DNA of 64,000 bases from a virus. This document shows, one piece after another, positions 39,630 to 49,339 of the stretch (its first letter is position 1; the number at the start of each line of letters is the position of its first letter). The translations under genes were made by a program, and so were the position numbers. The DNA is taken from positions 1 to 64,000 of the IMG/VR virus record IMGVR_UViG_3300017963_000242. The stretch is one strand, 5' to 3'. The notes under the pieces were generated by a model that did not search any database, was not told the DNA's origin, and saw nothing but the letters and a program-made list of their open reading frames with translations.

Positions 39630-40031
39630 TTATGTATCCGTAGCCCTCTCGATTTGCACGTCTACTATCACCCGATGCTGGTTCAGTGGCACAGAGTAGC
39701 TATCTGTTCTATTCTGCACAAAGCATATTCCAAGTGGACACCCAGTTCCTTTATATCCGTCCCAAGCATCCACTAGTTGGTCTGCCAGCGCATTGGCCGC
39801 GTCCGACGTGGCTGCATAGCAGTCAAACTGAATGCGGTACTTTGCTCTACCCGGCGCACTGGTCCTGTCCCTAGCATAGTCGTTCGATGCTGAGATGACC
39901 CGATAGCGTAGACACGGGACTGTGTAGTTCTCAGGCAAACGCACCGGATAACAGCGCTTGGCTATCAGCGCCGACAGGCCCGCGTGACCACCTGTTACGC
40001 AGCGGTCAAAGATGTCGCTCCGTAGCGTCAT
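39630..40031 (-). CDS. Tail terminator/completion protein (DUF3168-like)
   Basis: RCYP..LP, RIQFDCYA. Confidence 0.75.
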   Translation of the reverse strand: MTLRSDIFDRCVTGGHAGLSALIAKRCYPVRLPENYTVPCLRYRVISASNDYARDRTSAPGRAKYRIQFDCYAATSDAANALADQLVDAWDGYKGTGCPLGICFVQNRTDSYSVPLNQHRVIVDVQIERATDT

Positions 40032-40366
40032 TCTGCCTGGTCATCCTCTGGCGGTTCGTATCCAAACTTGTCACACAGCGATAGATATTCCATACGCAGC
40101 GCCTTTCTTTTGTCCAGTTCTCCAAGCCCTGCCAGAACGATGGACGACGCTTTGGGTCCGAACTCCACATCCTTCTCTTGTACGGCGTCTTGCTTCCACC
40201 GCACCGCGTTTTCTTCCGTGTAGAACTCTAGCGCCGCGTGCTCTTCTTCTGTGAAAGACAACTCGCGTTCTAGGTCGCGCACGATTCGCAGGGTAGTGAC
40301 ATCGCCCTGCTGCGGCATAACCCGCAGCAGGACCATTCTTTCAAGGACCGATAGTTTCAGATTCAT
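40028..40366 (-). CDS. Hypothetical protein (fibre-chaperone-like)
   Basis: Follows fibre-like gene. Confidence 0.5.
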   Translation of the reverse strand: MNLKLSVLERMVLLRVMPQQGDVTTLRIVRDLERELSFTEEEHAALEFYTEENAVRWKQDAVQEKDVEFGPKASSIVLAGLGELDKRKALRMEYLSLCDKFGYEPPEDDQAE

Positions 40367-40395
40367 TCGCTGTCGTCTTTCTGGCCTTGTCAGAC

Positions 40396-41523
40396 CTACC
40401 GATTATGCCCCACATGGATGTAGTCCACGTCCACCGTCTTGGACGCCGTGCCATCGCCGCACGCGATGATCGTCGGATACAGGTTCGTGTTCGGCGTAAC
40501 TCCGCCACCCGATAGCGTGGCTTTCAGTACATCATCCACATAGAACGTACACGTCCCACCGCCGACACTGACCTCGATACGAAGTTTCTGATACGTGTCT
40601 GCCGTTGGCCCCGATGCCATCGGATCATTGGTCGTGTCCTCGACCGTGCTATCCACGGCACACGCGTGCCAACTACCCGCTGCGGTAGCTGCTGCATCGT
40701 ACAGAAACACCACCGCGTCATTCGCAGCAGCAGCATATGCCGTACCGGTGCAAGTGTATGGTTCCTCCAGGGTAGTCACGTCCGTCAGGCCAAAGTTAAC
40801 CCTCGCGTTTGCGATAGCGGTATTGATGTGAAGTCTTGCCTCTACAAACAGCCCGCCGCTATCCGCCTGAACTGGGACTGCGCCAGCAAATTGACTCCCA
40901 TCCCGTGCTGTCGTTCCATCATCGTCGCCTGTGACCAACTGGAGAACCCCATTTTCTTGCGCGCTGATAGCTGGATCTGCTGCCGTACCAGATGCGCCAG
41001 AGTTCAGCACCCACGGCGTGTAGGTCGCTGCGATGGTCTGGTAGTTAAAGTCGTCAAAGATTTCCCAAAAGTAGGACCGGTCGATTCCTGCTTGAGGTTC
41101 TAGCGGCTTGCCGACCTCGACACGCTCTACTCCATCCGATGTATTGAATGCGATATACTGATTTGATCCTTGCATGACGCGGAATGCGCCGCTATCGTTG
41201 TCCGCTACTGACAAGTCGACGCCGGTCGTTCCGTCGTGCAGGATATTCGCGTCCTGGTCCGCGCCAAAATAAACGCCTTTGCTATCCGACAGATAGACAC
41301 TACCCCATTCTGCGCTCGTGCTGCCCAAGTCGGACCCGCCGCCCGTTGCGGGCAGAATGTCCTTCGTATTCGCAATCGTCAAGTCGTCGGACAACGTTAC
41401 CGTGCCGTCGAATGTGACTGCGCTTTGCGGATTGTGTAGCGTATCAACCAGATCGTCGTTCTGGTCGGTTGGGTTCCGCTCCCAAAAGTTGTTTTTCAGT
41501 GCCGCACTTGTTCGTGCAGTCAT
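40396..41523 (-). CDS. Virion fibre/decoration protein (head or neck appendage)
   Basis: G/T/D/A-rich; C-terminal FDDF...VDVDYI lectin-like domain; in head-tail module. Confidence 0.55.
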   Translation of the reverse strand: MTARTSAALKNNFWERNPTDQNDDLVDTLHNPQSAVTFDGTVTLSDDLTIANTKDILPATGGGSDLGSTSAEWGSVYLSDSKGVYFGADQDANILHDGTTGVDLSVADNDSGAFRVMQGSNQYIAFNTSDGVERVEVGKPLEPQAGIDRSYFWEIFDDFNYQTIAATYTPWVLNSGASGTAADPAISAQENGVLQLVTGDDDGTTARDGSQFAGAVPVQADSGGLFVEARLHINTAIANARVNFGLTDVTTLEEPYTCTGTAYAAAANDAVVFLYDAAATAAGSWHACAVDSTVEDTTNDPMASGPTADTYQKLRIEVSVGGGTCTFYVDDVLKATLSGGGVTPNTNLYPTIIACGDGTASKTVDVDYIHVGHNR

Positions 41524-41533
41524 GTCCCTACTC

Positions 41534-42058
41534 CTATAATTTCAACCTCGAACCGCCGCCTCTTATGCTCACGGCCTTTGGTTGTCTCTTTACCATCTCG
41601 TGACGCAGTTTTTTGCCCATCGCGTGAGCTGCTTCGCTTTTATGTGAATCTATCGCAGGTCGCAAGTACGGACGTGCTGGGATTGTGTACGTCGTGGATA
41701 GTGCCAGCGCCCGCCACATGCCCTCATTCGTTTCGTACCACTTTGCCCAGAAGAATTTTCGCTGCAGCTCCGTGATAACCTGATTCTCTAGCCCGTACTC
41801 GTGAGCGGCAGAGTATACGATGTCAAACTCGACATTCGCTGCATACTGGTTGACCATCACGATCTTGCCGCTGTCCTCCAACGCGCCCGTCTGATTCTCA
41901 AAGTTCGCGCGTACATTGGCCTGGGCGGCTTCTAGAATGACCTCAGCACCAGCTTTGACCGCTGTCACTGTGAGCTTTCCAGGCGCTTGGCTAGCCATGT
42001 ACCTGAAATAGCCGGTCAATTCTTTGACGCCGGTTACTCGCTCTTTAGCGTGCGCCAT
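41534..42058 (-). CDS. HK97 gp10-like neck protein
   Basis: TGALEDS, HEYG, PARPYLRPA. Confidence 0.8.
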   Translation of the reverse strand: MAHAKERVTGVKELTGYFRYMASQAPGKLTVTAVKAGAEVILEAAQANVRANFENQTGALEDSGKIVMVNQYAANVEFDIVYSAAHEYGLENQVITELQRKFFWAKWYETNEGMWRALALSTTYTIPARPYLRPAIDSHKSEAAHAMGKKLRHEMVKRQPKAVSIRGGGSRLKL

Positions 42059-42420
42059 TATTCGACTCGCTCCAGTTTGATGCTCATATGGTGCGCCTTG
42101 GTCGAATTGCGTCCTAGCAAACTCTCGATGATGAACGGTCCAGAGTCTACTAGTATCCCAGTTGCCGCGAATCGAACGTTTGTAATCCGGTCCTCCTCAA
42201 CCACATCTTCGCCTGTATCACACAGCAGCAGGTGGTCCTCGACCATCGGATAGCCCTGGCCCTCATCCGCGATACGCTCTGACTGCTGAATGTACCGGCA
42301 GTCTATCGTGCCCGCTGTGGACCACGAGTCTATCAGTTCGCCACTTGCGCTCTGGGTCTGCGTCGTCCTGCGTATGGTCGCCGTGTGTATCAGGTGCTTC
42401 TTGAAGTGCGGGCCTGCCAT
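42058..42420 (-). CDS. Head closure / head-tail adaptor
   Basis: Size, position, beta-rich pattern. Confidence 0.65.
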   Translation of the reverse strand: MAGPHFKKHLIHTATIRRTTQTQSASGELIDSWSTAGTIDCRYIQQSERIADEGQGYPMVEDHLLLCDTGEDVVEEDRITNVRFAATGILVDSGPFIIESLLGRNSTKAHHMSIKLERVE

Positions 42421-42423
42421 AGT

Positions 42424-42876
42424 CTAGCTCTGATCACTTCTATCTGGCGGCACAAAAGTCGTGCCAGCGAAATCGTAGAATCCGATTTCTCGCAACCCAG
42501 CTTTCTTGAGTCCCAACTTGGCGAGCTTGCCTGAGCAGTCAATCATTTTTGCGTTCTGTCCGTATAGGCTTGCGTCTAGCCCTAGCCCATCCGAGCCGCG
42601 ATAAGTGATTGACCACTCGCCGCCTACGCTCTCGCTTTTAGCGGACCCTTCCCGTAGCGTGATAAAGTGCGCGGCAAGGAGTTTCATGATATCGCATTCC
42701 ATGTTGCTCCCGCCACACGAACCAAGATCACCCGAGATGAGCCGAGTCACGTTGTACGCCATATTGATGAACGCATTGATCTGTGCGTCCGTCAAGTCTG
42801 TGCTGATGATCTCACGCACCTCGTCCGCATCCATCGTCGGACATACAACTGTGACCCCGGCCAGTAGAGTTGCCAC
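42424..42876 (-). CDS. Head-tail connector protein
   Basis: LLAAHF, SESVG..SITY, SLYGQ. Confidence 0.7.
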   Translation of the reverse strand: MATLLAGVTVVCPTMDADEVREIISTDLTDAQINAFINMAYNVTRLISGDLGSCGGSNMECDIMKLLAAHFITLREGSAKSESVGGEWSITYRGSDGLGLDASLYGQNAKMIDCSGKLAKLGLKKAGLREIGFYDFAGTTFVPPDRSDQS

Positions 42877-42879
42877 AGG

Positions 42880-43104
42880 CTAGCCTCCGGTTGCCAGGCG
42901 CAGCCGCCCGATGTCCACAAGCGGCTGCGCAGCTTCCGGCATCAGCATGATTTCTGTGCCCGCTGGCACATAGACTTGCTCGCCCTTCGGCTCGTCTCTG
43001 TCGGTCGCCGCCTTGGTTTGATTCCAGAGCCACATTCCCTTTTCAGGATTGTTTGCTCCCGGCGCTGCCGTCACGACGTATTTTTTCATTCCCGCTGCTG
43101 GCAT
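42880..43104 (-). CDS. Small protein after capsid gene
   Basis: Position, RBS. Confidence 0.5.
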   Translation of the reverse strand: MPAAGMKKYVVTAAPGANNPEKGMWLWNQTKAATDRDEPKGEQVYVPAGTEIMLMPEAAQPLVDIGRLRLATGG

Positions 43105-43162
43105 ACTATGCCCTTTCTACCGTGCTAGAATTCCAGCACAGTGATATATGCTATGTATCGTA

Positions 43163-44200
43163 CTACGCACCCGTAAAATATACCACGCCTGAATTCCCGT
43201 TATAGTCACTTTTAATGCGTGGCGCGCCGATGGACATCACCTTGAAGTTCTGTGCCATTCCGTCCGGGCTGGTCCACTCGACTACCTGGTTGAGCTGGTA
43301 GACGCAGAAGTCCAGTACGTTCGGCGTCATCTGAACACCCACCAGCGTACCGGCGGTCATCCAGTCTGACGGATAAACGGCAGCGATTCCAGCCATCTTG
43401 AGAACGCGGGTTAGGCCGCTGTCGCCAGTGCCGTCCGCGAAGAAGTTGAGCGCCATTTCGTTGTACTGCGTCCGCGCTACCCAGAACTCGTAAGGGCCAA
43501 AGTAATTATCGCCCGCCAGCGCGATAATCATATTTCGGAAAGTCGGCGTGATATTCGCCAGCGTCCCAAAGTCGCCCGTGGCCGCGCCAGTATTGATATT
43601 CGGTTCGTTTGTGATACCGTACAATACATTCTGGTTCAGCGCGATATTCGTATTCCCGGCAAAGCCGATGCGCTCCATTTCCTCGGTCACGACGCGGCTC
43701 GCCTCGAATGCGTTAGTGGTGTCGATGCCGGAGCCATAGGCCCGGCTGGCCTCCAATTCGCGCATCCCGATTTGAAACTCTTTGTGGATGACCGGGATAG
43801 GCACGCCGGTCAGGTTATAGTCCTGCCGGTCGAAGTCCGGCGCAGCGCGCCCCGAAAGGCTGACCGTTGCCCGCGTCATCTCGGACCCCTGGTTGTACTG
43901 GCTGACCAGCACGCCCATCGAGTTGAGATTCTTGCGCAACTGCGGGTCGCCATTCAGGCGCGAGATAAGGTTCATTTGCCCGGTTGCCGCAACCTGTACT
44001 GCGTCGTCCAGCGATTCCCACTCGTCTTTGCGGAGTAGGGAGTTGGTGACTAGCCCGCGCCCGTTGGTGATCTGCACGAAACCTTGCTCGTTCGTTACCA
44101 ACTCTTGCGTGCCGTCAGGGTTCTGCCGCGCCATTGGCACGTATCCACCGATCTGCTGCAATTGGCTGATCGGGTTGATTGTTGCTTTTTCAATAGTCAT
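43163..44200 (-). CDS. Major capsid protein (encapsulin/linocin-like HK97 fold)
   Basis: LRKDEW..LD, PIPVIHKEF, YGITNEP, PRIKSD; start MTIEK with AGGAG RBS. Confidence 0.85.
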   Translation of the reverse strand: MTIEKATINPISQLQQIGGYVPMARQNPDGTQELVTNEQGFVQITNGRGLVTNSLLRKDEWESLDDAVQVAATGQMNLISRLNGDPQLRKNLNSMGVLVSQYNQGSEMTRATVSLSGRAAPDFDRQDYNLTGVPIPVIHKEFQIGMRELEASRAYGSGIDTTNAFEASRVVTEEMERIGFAGNTNIALNQNVLYGITNEPNINTGAATGDFGTLANITPTFRNMIIALAGDNYFGPYEFWVARTQYNEMALNFFADGTGDSGLTRVLKMAGIAAVYPSDWMTAGTLVGVQMTPNVLDFCVYQLNQVVEWTSPDGMAQNFKVMSIGAPRIKSDYNGNSGVVYFTGA

Positions 44201-44208
44201 TGTATCTC

Positions 44209-44670
44209 CTACACAATCCGCACGCGGAGTCTGGTGTCCGTTGCACACACCAAATCCTCGTGAGGCACACCGACGATGATCAGGTCCGCAGACCCGCTCG
44301 TGCTAACGCGCAGCGTTCCATCGCCGTTAGAAACCAAGCGCGAACGACCACGAACCGCCGTGCCAGTCGCCAGGTACATGTACAGCAAGTCGCCCGGTAG
44401 CGCATAGATGTAGCGCACGGTGTCCGCCGTCAGATACGGCGAGTCGATGGCCGCTGCGGCATTGTCGTCGTCGAACGGGTTTTCGATAGCAACCATTCGC
44501 TGATGAAAGCCAGTCCCGGTTGCATGCGCGACCAGATGCTCGTTTGCATCGTACTCAATGAGATAGCCGGGGATAATCGTCCCCGACCCGTAATCCTCTT
44601 GCACGCGGCCCTCAATATTGAACGGCACGGCGGTGCTGAGAACAATGGTATGATCCGTTGTGCTCGACAT
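44209..44670 (-). CDS. Capsid decoration (cement) protein
   Basis: Between protease and MCP; IIPGYL, LVSNGDGTL. Confidence 0.7.
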   Translation of the reverse strand: MSSTTDHTIVLSTAVPFNIEGRVQEDYGSGTIIPGYLIEYDANEHLVAHATGTGFHQRMVAIENPFDDDNAAAAIDSPYLTADTVRYIYALPGDLLYMYLATGTAVRGRSRLVSNGDGTLRVSTSGSADLIIVGVPHEDLVCATDTRLRVRIV

Positions 44671-44673
44671 ATC

Positions 44674-46128
44674 CTACTTCTCCTTGCCCGCCCGGTTGCC
44701 GCTCCACGCGACGATTGGCCGGGTATCCTGTTTTTGATTGGCGGTTGGCCCGCCTTCTTGTCCCGCATACGAGCGCGGCATCAGAGAACGCGCCAGTTTT
44801 TGCAGCGTAGGAACATCCTGCCGCTCTAGCTCGTCCTTGCTGAACGCGCATCGCTCGTTGGCCGCAAGTTCCGAGACCAACCTGGCCTTTTCGCTTGCCT
44901 GCGCCTCCTGGTGCGCTTTCACCACGTCCTTGGACGCTTCCAACTGACTCGACAAATCCGCAACCAGTTTTTCCAGCGTAGCCATGCGCTCTTCTTGCGC
45001 TGCGACTGCATCTGCACACGGTTGTTCGTTGCCTGTCGGCTCCTCTTCTTCCGGCTCATCGGCGGCCTTGGCGGCTTCCGTCTCCGGCGTTTGTTCCTCT
45101 TGTGGCATCGGCTCATCCTCTTTTTCTGGCTTGTCCTCTTCCGGTTCGTCTTCCTTGTCCGGTTTGCCAAACGCATTGAGAATTTTGCGCAGCACATCTG
45201 CGGATAGGGCTTCAAACCCCTCCGCGTTATCGTCTGCGTTCAGCTCAAGGCGAGTGCAGAGGTCTTTTACCAAATCGGCTTTACTTTTAGCCATTGTCTC
45301 TACATCCTCCGAGATGTCTGTTCCGTCGTCTATACCTAACGCACTCGCCAAGATGTGCAGTGCGCCTTTCACAATGTTTTTCTTTGGCGCGTCGTTTCCG
45401 ACTGCCTGTTTTCCCATATCCGTTTCCTCCGCCTGGTACACCAACTCGGTCGGCTGTGACCAGATCATTGTATCTGTGCAAGGCTCCCCCGCCTCATTCA
45501 CTCGCGGACACCCGCAACCGTCCTCCCACGAACACGCACCAACTGAGTCGAGAAGCGCGGCGAGATGGTCTGGTCGCAGGTTTCTAGCTACTCCATTGTA
45601 GGACTGGCCTTGCCATTCACCGCCGCGCTTCTCCAAGTCCCGAAAGTAGCCGGTCGAAACTTCTATCTTGTCTCCGTCCAGCACGCGCCGCATCAGTTCA
45701 GGCCCGCCTTTTAGCTTGCCCGCTCTGTCTACGTCGATCCACAATTCTGCTGGAACGGACTGGTCGCTCTCTCGATATTCAGTGCCAAACACGTACCCGG
45801 CGCGATGTTTTTCCATCATTGCCGGATCGTTGGCACTGACAGCCGTATCGCCCTCGTGTGGGTGATCAATGACGAACGGGCGACCATTCCACGCTGCTGG
45901 GAACTTTGCCAACTCTTCAGCTGGCACGAGTTCGCCGTTGAGTACACCTTCTCTAATCATCACGGTCGGGACAACTAGCCAGTCGCGGCCTTCCCAACTT
46001 GTGCGGTATGTTTTGTCTACTGTGTTTGCTTGCACCCTATTGGTCGATTGATTTGGTTTTTGTATTTTGACGTTGCCCTTGCGCCAAGAAAATCTAGCCG
46101 TTCTGTCTTTCATATCGACCCTTGTCAT
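44674..46128 (-). CDS. DUF2213-family prohead protease/scaffold
   Basis: EGVLNG, WNGRP..HP, EVSTG, PDHLAAL..GACS..DGCG; acidic coiled-coil C-terminus. Confidence 0.85.
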   Translation of the reverse strand: MTRVDMKDRTARFSWRKGNVKIQKPNQSTNRVQANTVDKTYRTSWEGRDWLVVPTVMIREGVLNGELVPAEELAKFPAAWNGRPFVIDHPHEGDTAVSANDPAMMEKHRAGYVFGTEYRESDQSVPAELWIDVDRAGKLKGGPELMRRVLDGDKIEVSTGYFRDLEKRGGEWQGQSYNGVARNLRPDHLAALLDSVGACSWEDGCGCPRVNEAGEPCTDTMIWSQPTELVYQAEETDMGKQAVGNDAPKKNIVKGALHILASALGIDDGTDISEDVETMAKSKADLVKDLCTRLELNADDNAEGFEALSADVLRKILNAFGKPDKEDEPEEDKPEKEDEPMPQEEQTPETEAAKAADEPEEEEPTGNEQPCADAVAAQEERMATLEKLVADLSSQLEASKDVVKAHQEAQASEKARLVSELAANERCAFSKDELERQDVPTLQKLARSLMPRSYAGQEGGPTANQKQDTRPIVAWSGNRAGKEK

Positions 46129-47102
46129 TCTTCTAACCCCATCACTATTTCTCTTGGGTCACTGTCGTACCCGGTATCACTCAATACCGTGAATGGTTTA
46201 CCTCTTGCAAGTAACAATTCAGTTTCAGACGGCCTGCTCTGTAATTTCCATCGGTCCATATACAACGCCTGAGCGCCCTTTGGTAATCGTATCTCAATCG
46301 TGGCCCCTGTTGAGCGCTGTTCCGCTACACCTTTATATAAAGCTGTTGACACAAAAGCATCATCTGTCCAAGTGCTACCAGTCAAGTCTTCATCATAGTC
46401 ATCCAACATCTCTACATCTATGCCCCGATAAACCGTAACCGGTTCAGGAAGACTCGACCTTTCTAGAGCCGCGTCAATTCGCTCCACGTCATCACTATAG
46501 GCTTCGCTATATCCAGCTTCTCGCAAATCATCATTGATGTCGTAGTATCCGTCACCTTTATACATTTCTAGAGATGCGGATTCTTCGTCTGATAGTTCTG
46601 GATTCAATCCGCTTTGAGCAGAAGCCCAATCATCTGCTTCTCTGCGAGAGCCAAAAGACCTTCCGCCCAAACTGCCTTTCCCGTGCGTGCCCGCTGGCGG
46701 GCCATGCCACCCCTTTCCCGGCCCTTTCTTTCCCGCGTTATCCTCTACGACCTCGACTTCCGCTTCCATCATCGCCCCACACTCTGAGCATTTAATCGAG
46801 CGACACGGAACACCGCGTTCCTTCTCTACCACGTGCCCGCAGTCTGGACACACACACCGCTCTGGCCCCCCTGGCGCTGGCTCAACGCCTGGACCGTAGG
46901 CGAACTCTGATGTATCGTCATTTTCTTTCAGCATAGCCCCATTTGCCTGCTTGAACGCCTGACCCTCACAGTCCTCTCCGCCGCTGTCATTGCAATCCTG
47001 GTATGTGTCCATCCACACAGCAACCCAAGTTGCTCGCTTGTCCTCCGGCAGTTCCTTGACGTGCTGCGGTAACGATTTGTCTCCCGGTCCACTGTATGGC
47101 AT
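46125..47102 (-). CDS. ChaB - Zn ribbon - ADP-ribosyltransferase fusion
   Basis: N-terminal MPY..SLPQHVKELP ChaB pattern; CVCPDCG/CSECG; VYRG, FVST, ETE (R-S-ExE ART). Confidence 0.8.
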   Translation of the reverse strand: MPYSGPGDKSLPQHVKELPEDKRATWVAVWMDTYQDCNDSGGEDCEGQAFKQANGAMLKENDDTSEFAYGPGVEPAPGGPERCVCPDCGHVVEKERGVPCRSIKCSECGAMMEAEVEVVEDNAGKKGPGKGWHGPPAGTHGKGSLGGRSFGSRREADDWASAQSGLNPELSDEESASLEMYKGDGYYDINDDLREAGYSEAYSDDVERIDAALERSSLPEPVTVYRGIDVEMLDDYDEDLTGSTWTDDAFVSTALYKGVAEQRSTGATIEIRLPKGAQALYMDRWKLQSRPSETELLLARGKPFTVLSDTGYDSDPREIVMGLEE

Positions 47103-47164
47103 CTTACCTCGCCAGTGTCCACGCTGCCAGCCACATCAAAGCAGTCAGCAGTCGCGCTTTCCAT

Positions 47165-47749
47165 TTAGTCATGCTGTGCGATCACCAGATGCCACTTTAT
47201 ATCCGATGTGCTCGTGTATGTCGGCGTGCCCTCGGTTTTTGCCTGGGTGTACAGGTCTGTAACACCCGCACCTAGCACAAACGGAAACGGTGGATTGCAG
47301 ACATAGGTTGCTACGGAGTTGTCTTTGAACGACACATATGTACCGGATCCAACAGAAATCACCCCCAGGCTGTTCAGCAAATCAGCATCAGATATATCAA
47401 GCTCTGCATCGTTAGCCGTCGGTGTAAACGTGCCTGAAAAAATCACCAGATCAAATGCGGCATTCTGTGCGCCTTTGTCCGTGATGACCACTTTGCGAAT
47501 CTCTCCGTGTCCGCCTTCGCCGTCTACCACGTCCTCGAATTTCATCAGGCCGCCAACAGCATCCCCAGCAGCATAAGCCGTTCCAGACGTAATAGTCGGT
47601 GTCACGTCTACTCGCGTCAGTTCAAGCTGCGACCGTGCTTCAATTCGGCCAGTCGTGTCTACGCGCAGCGGATACCGCGTTCCGCCTGCATTCTCTCCGA
47701 ATACAAGCTGAACTCCGCCGCCCTTGTCCTCAAAGTCGGTCGTTGCCAT
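47165..47749 (-). CDS. Hypothetical virion-associated protein
   Basis: GAGG RBS; beta-rich; first gene after internal late promoter. Confidence 0.55.
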   Translation of the reverse strand: MATTDFEDKGGGVQLVFGENAGGTRYPLRVDTTGRIEARSQLELTRVDVTPTITSGTAYAAGDAVGGLMKFEDVVDGEGGHGEIRKVVITDKGAQNAAFDLVIFSGTFTPTANDAELDISDADLLNSLGVISVGSGTYVSFKDNSVATYVCNPPFPFVLGAGVTDLYTQAKTEGTPTYTSTSDIKWHLVIAQHD

Positions 47750-47763
47750 AGTTCCACCTCGGA

Positions 47764-47818
47764 AACAAAAAAGGCCACTCCCATCCAGAACGTTCCCGTT
47801 CCGGGTAGAAGTGGCCTC
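47764..47818 (-). terminator. Intrinsic terminator in leader of internal late promoter
   Basis: AGGCCACTTCTACCCGGAAC..GTTCTGGATGGGAGTGGCCT followed by TTTTTGTTT. Confidence 0.75.
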
Positions 47819-47927
47819 CGAAAAATCGTATGCCTATATGAGGTTATGATTGCTCTTAGCTGGACTCCCTGGCGTTGACGCTTGGGTGGGAATCCCTGAT
47901 TGTTACGCGCCCATCCGCGCTAAGAAT

Positions 47928-47961
47928 ATTATAGCAGGTTTGCGGCACGATGTCAAGCTAT
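47928..47961 (-). promoter_or_regulatory. Leftward promoter L2
   Basis: TTGACA 47956-47951, 17 bp, TATAAT 47933-47928; shares a 19-bp element with 59635-59653. Confidence 0.85.
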
Positions 47962-47962
47962 T

Positions 47963-48151
47963 CTATAATTTGCCCTCGCACCGCTTGATATGCGCGACCT
48001 GCTTGGCAATCGTTTTGTCACTCGGTCCACGTCGCTTAATCCAGAGCAGCTTTTCCGATGTCGTTGGTGATAATCCAAGCTGTTGTTCATAGACGGCAAG
48101 CTGGGCTAACGTGACGCTGCGCAAGTTCATCAGGTATGTGCGGTCTTGCAT
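47963..48151 (-). CDS. Small hypothetical protein
   Basis: Start MQDRTY within track ORF. Confidence 0.45.
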   Translation of the reverse strand: MQDRTYLMNLRSVTLAQLAVYEQQLGLSPTTSEKLLWIKRRGPSDKTIAKQVAHIKRCEGKL

Positions 48152-48199
48152 AATAGACCCGCCTTCTGCTTTTATGTCGCTATCGCCCACGTCATCCTC

Positions 48200-48234
48200 C
48201 GTACAGCCGTACATTATCCCAAGTTATCCCAAGT
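48200..48234. repeat. 35-bp dispersed inverted repeat, copy B
   Basis: CGTACAGCCGTACATTATCCCAAGTTATCCCAAGT. Confidence 0.85.
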
Positions 48235-48563
48235 CAGCGAACTAGCCCTGCCAACAGCGGGTCGTCGACTGGCCGAGCATCGTCTTGCGCCGATGCCATT
48301 TCTCGCCTCAAGATGTCATCGCCATTCGGCGGTATCCGTTCCACATCCACGGCAAATGGAATGAACTCATTGATAGCGGTCTGCTCTCGCTCGAATACTA
48401 GAGTAGTCACATACTCTGACAATCTCATCGCAGCGGCATCGAGAACCGACCATCCAGTCACGAACCGCCAGCCCTCAGCGGCTGTCTGATTCAGACTCTC
48501 TTCCACTTGCCCCGATGTCAAATCGTGACGCAATACAACCGTTTTATACTGCTGCTCCATCAC
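48234..48563 (-). CDS. DUF4177-like small protein
   Basis: QYKTV...LNQTAAEGWRFV...LVFER. Confidence 0.5.
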   Translation of the reverse strand: MMEQQYKTVVLRHDLTSGQVEESLNQTAAEGWRFVTGWSVLDAAAMRLSEYVTTLVFEREQTAINEFIPFAVDVERIPPNGDDILRREMASAQDDARPVDDPLLAGLVR

Positions 48564-48784
48564 TCGCCTTTCTGCGATGCATATGCGTTTCTCATAAACT
48601 CTGCTTGCATCGCAATCGTCATCTGCATAGACTGTGAGTCAGTGAATCCTGCCTCACGACATACAGCATAATATTGAAAGTAGGTTTGTGCCATAGCCCG
48701 CAGTTCTTGAACGCCTTCGTCCTTGAGCAATTCATCCAAGTATTGCTGCCACGGGTTTTCCGGTTCAGGTTTGTGTCTAGCCAT
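48560..48784 (-). CDS. Hypothetical protein
   Basis: Coupled ORF. Confidence 0.5.
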   Translation of the reverse strand: MARHKPEPENPWQQYLDELLKDEGVQELRAMAQTYFQYYAVCREAGFTDSQSMQMTIAMQAEFMRNAYASQKGE

Positions 48785-48787
48785 TGA

Positions 48788-49117
48788 TTAGTCTTCCGTT
48801 CCGATTCTCAACCCAGTTCCCTCGTGAATCAGGTAGAGCTTGCCATCATTGCCGAACTCATAAAAGCATTCGATGTCCATAGTCTTGATGATCTCGTTCG
48901 CTTCAAGAACAAAATCGTGCCGTTCTGCTTGGTTACTCAAGTTTTTGATTGCGGGTCTCAACCCGGAAAGTAGTTCAATGGCTCGCCAGTTCAGCGCCTT
49001 CTTGCGTGCCCATTCTTTTCTGCAAATCGGGCACTTTGGAAACCCTTGCGGCCAATCTACATAATGTTCTGCTGCCACATACTGATGTCCATGTTCACAC
49101 CATATCAAGCCGGTCAT
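48788..49117 (-). CDS. Hypothetical protein with Zn-binding N-terminus
   Basis: CEHGH...CPIC. Confidence 0.5.
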   Translation of the reverse strand: MTGLIWCEHGHQYVAAEHYVDWPQGFPKCPICRKEWARKKALNWRAIELLSGLRPAIKNLSNQAERHDFVLEANEIIKTMDIECFYEFGNDGKLYLIHEGTGLRIGTED

Positions 49118-49120
49118 TGC

Positions 49121-49318
49121 CTACCTTTCTGTTTGGAATCTTTCAACGCGCCCCAATCCAACCTCGAACGATGTAAACTTTTCGTCGTGACGAAATGACT
49201 CAGCTATACCCAAATCTTCTTTGAGTATGTTTCCGTCTTTGACAAATCGAATATCCATATCTGAGACTGGAACGGTCAGATGCTTGTCTATCACGATGTA
49301 CGTATCTGGCGCAGTCAT
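49121..49318 (-). CDS. Hypothetical protein
   Basis: GAAAGG RBS. Confidence 0.45.
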   Translation of the reverse strand: MTAPDTYIVIDKHLTVPVSDMDIRFVKDGNILKEDLGIAESFRHDEKFTSFEVGLGRVERFQTER

Positions 49319-49339
49319 TGGTTCGCCTTTCCGTTTGAA

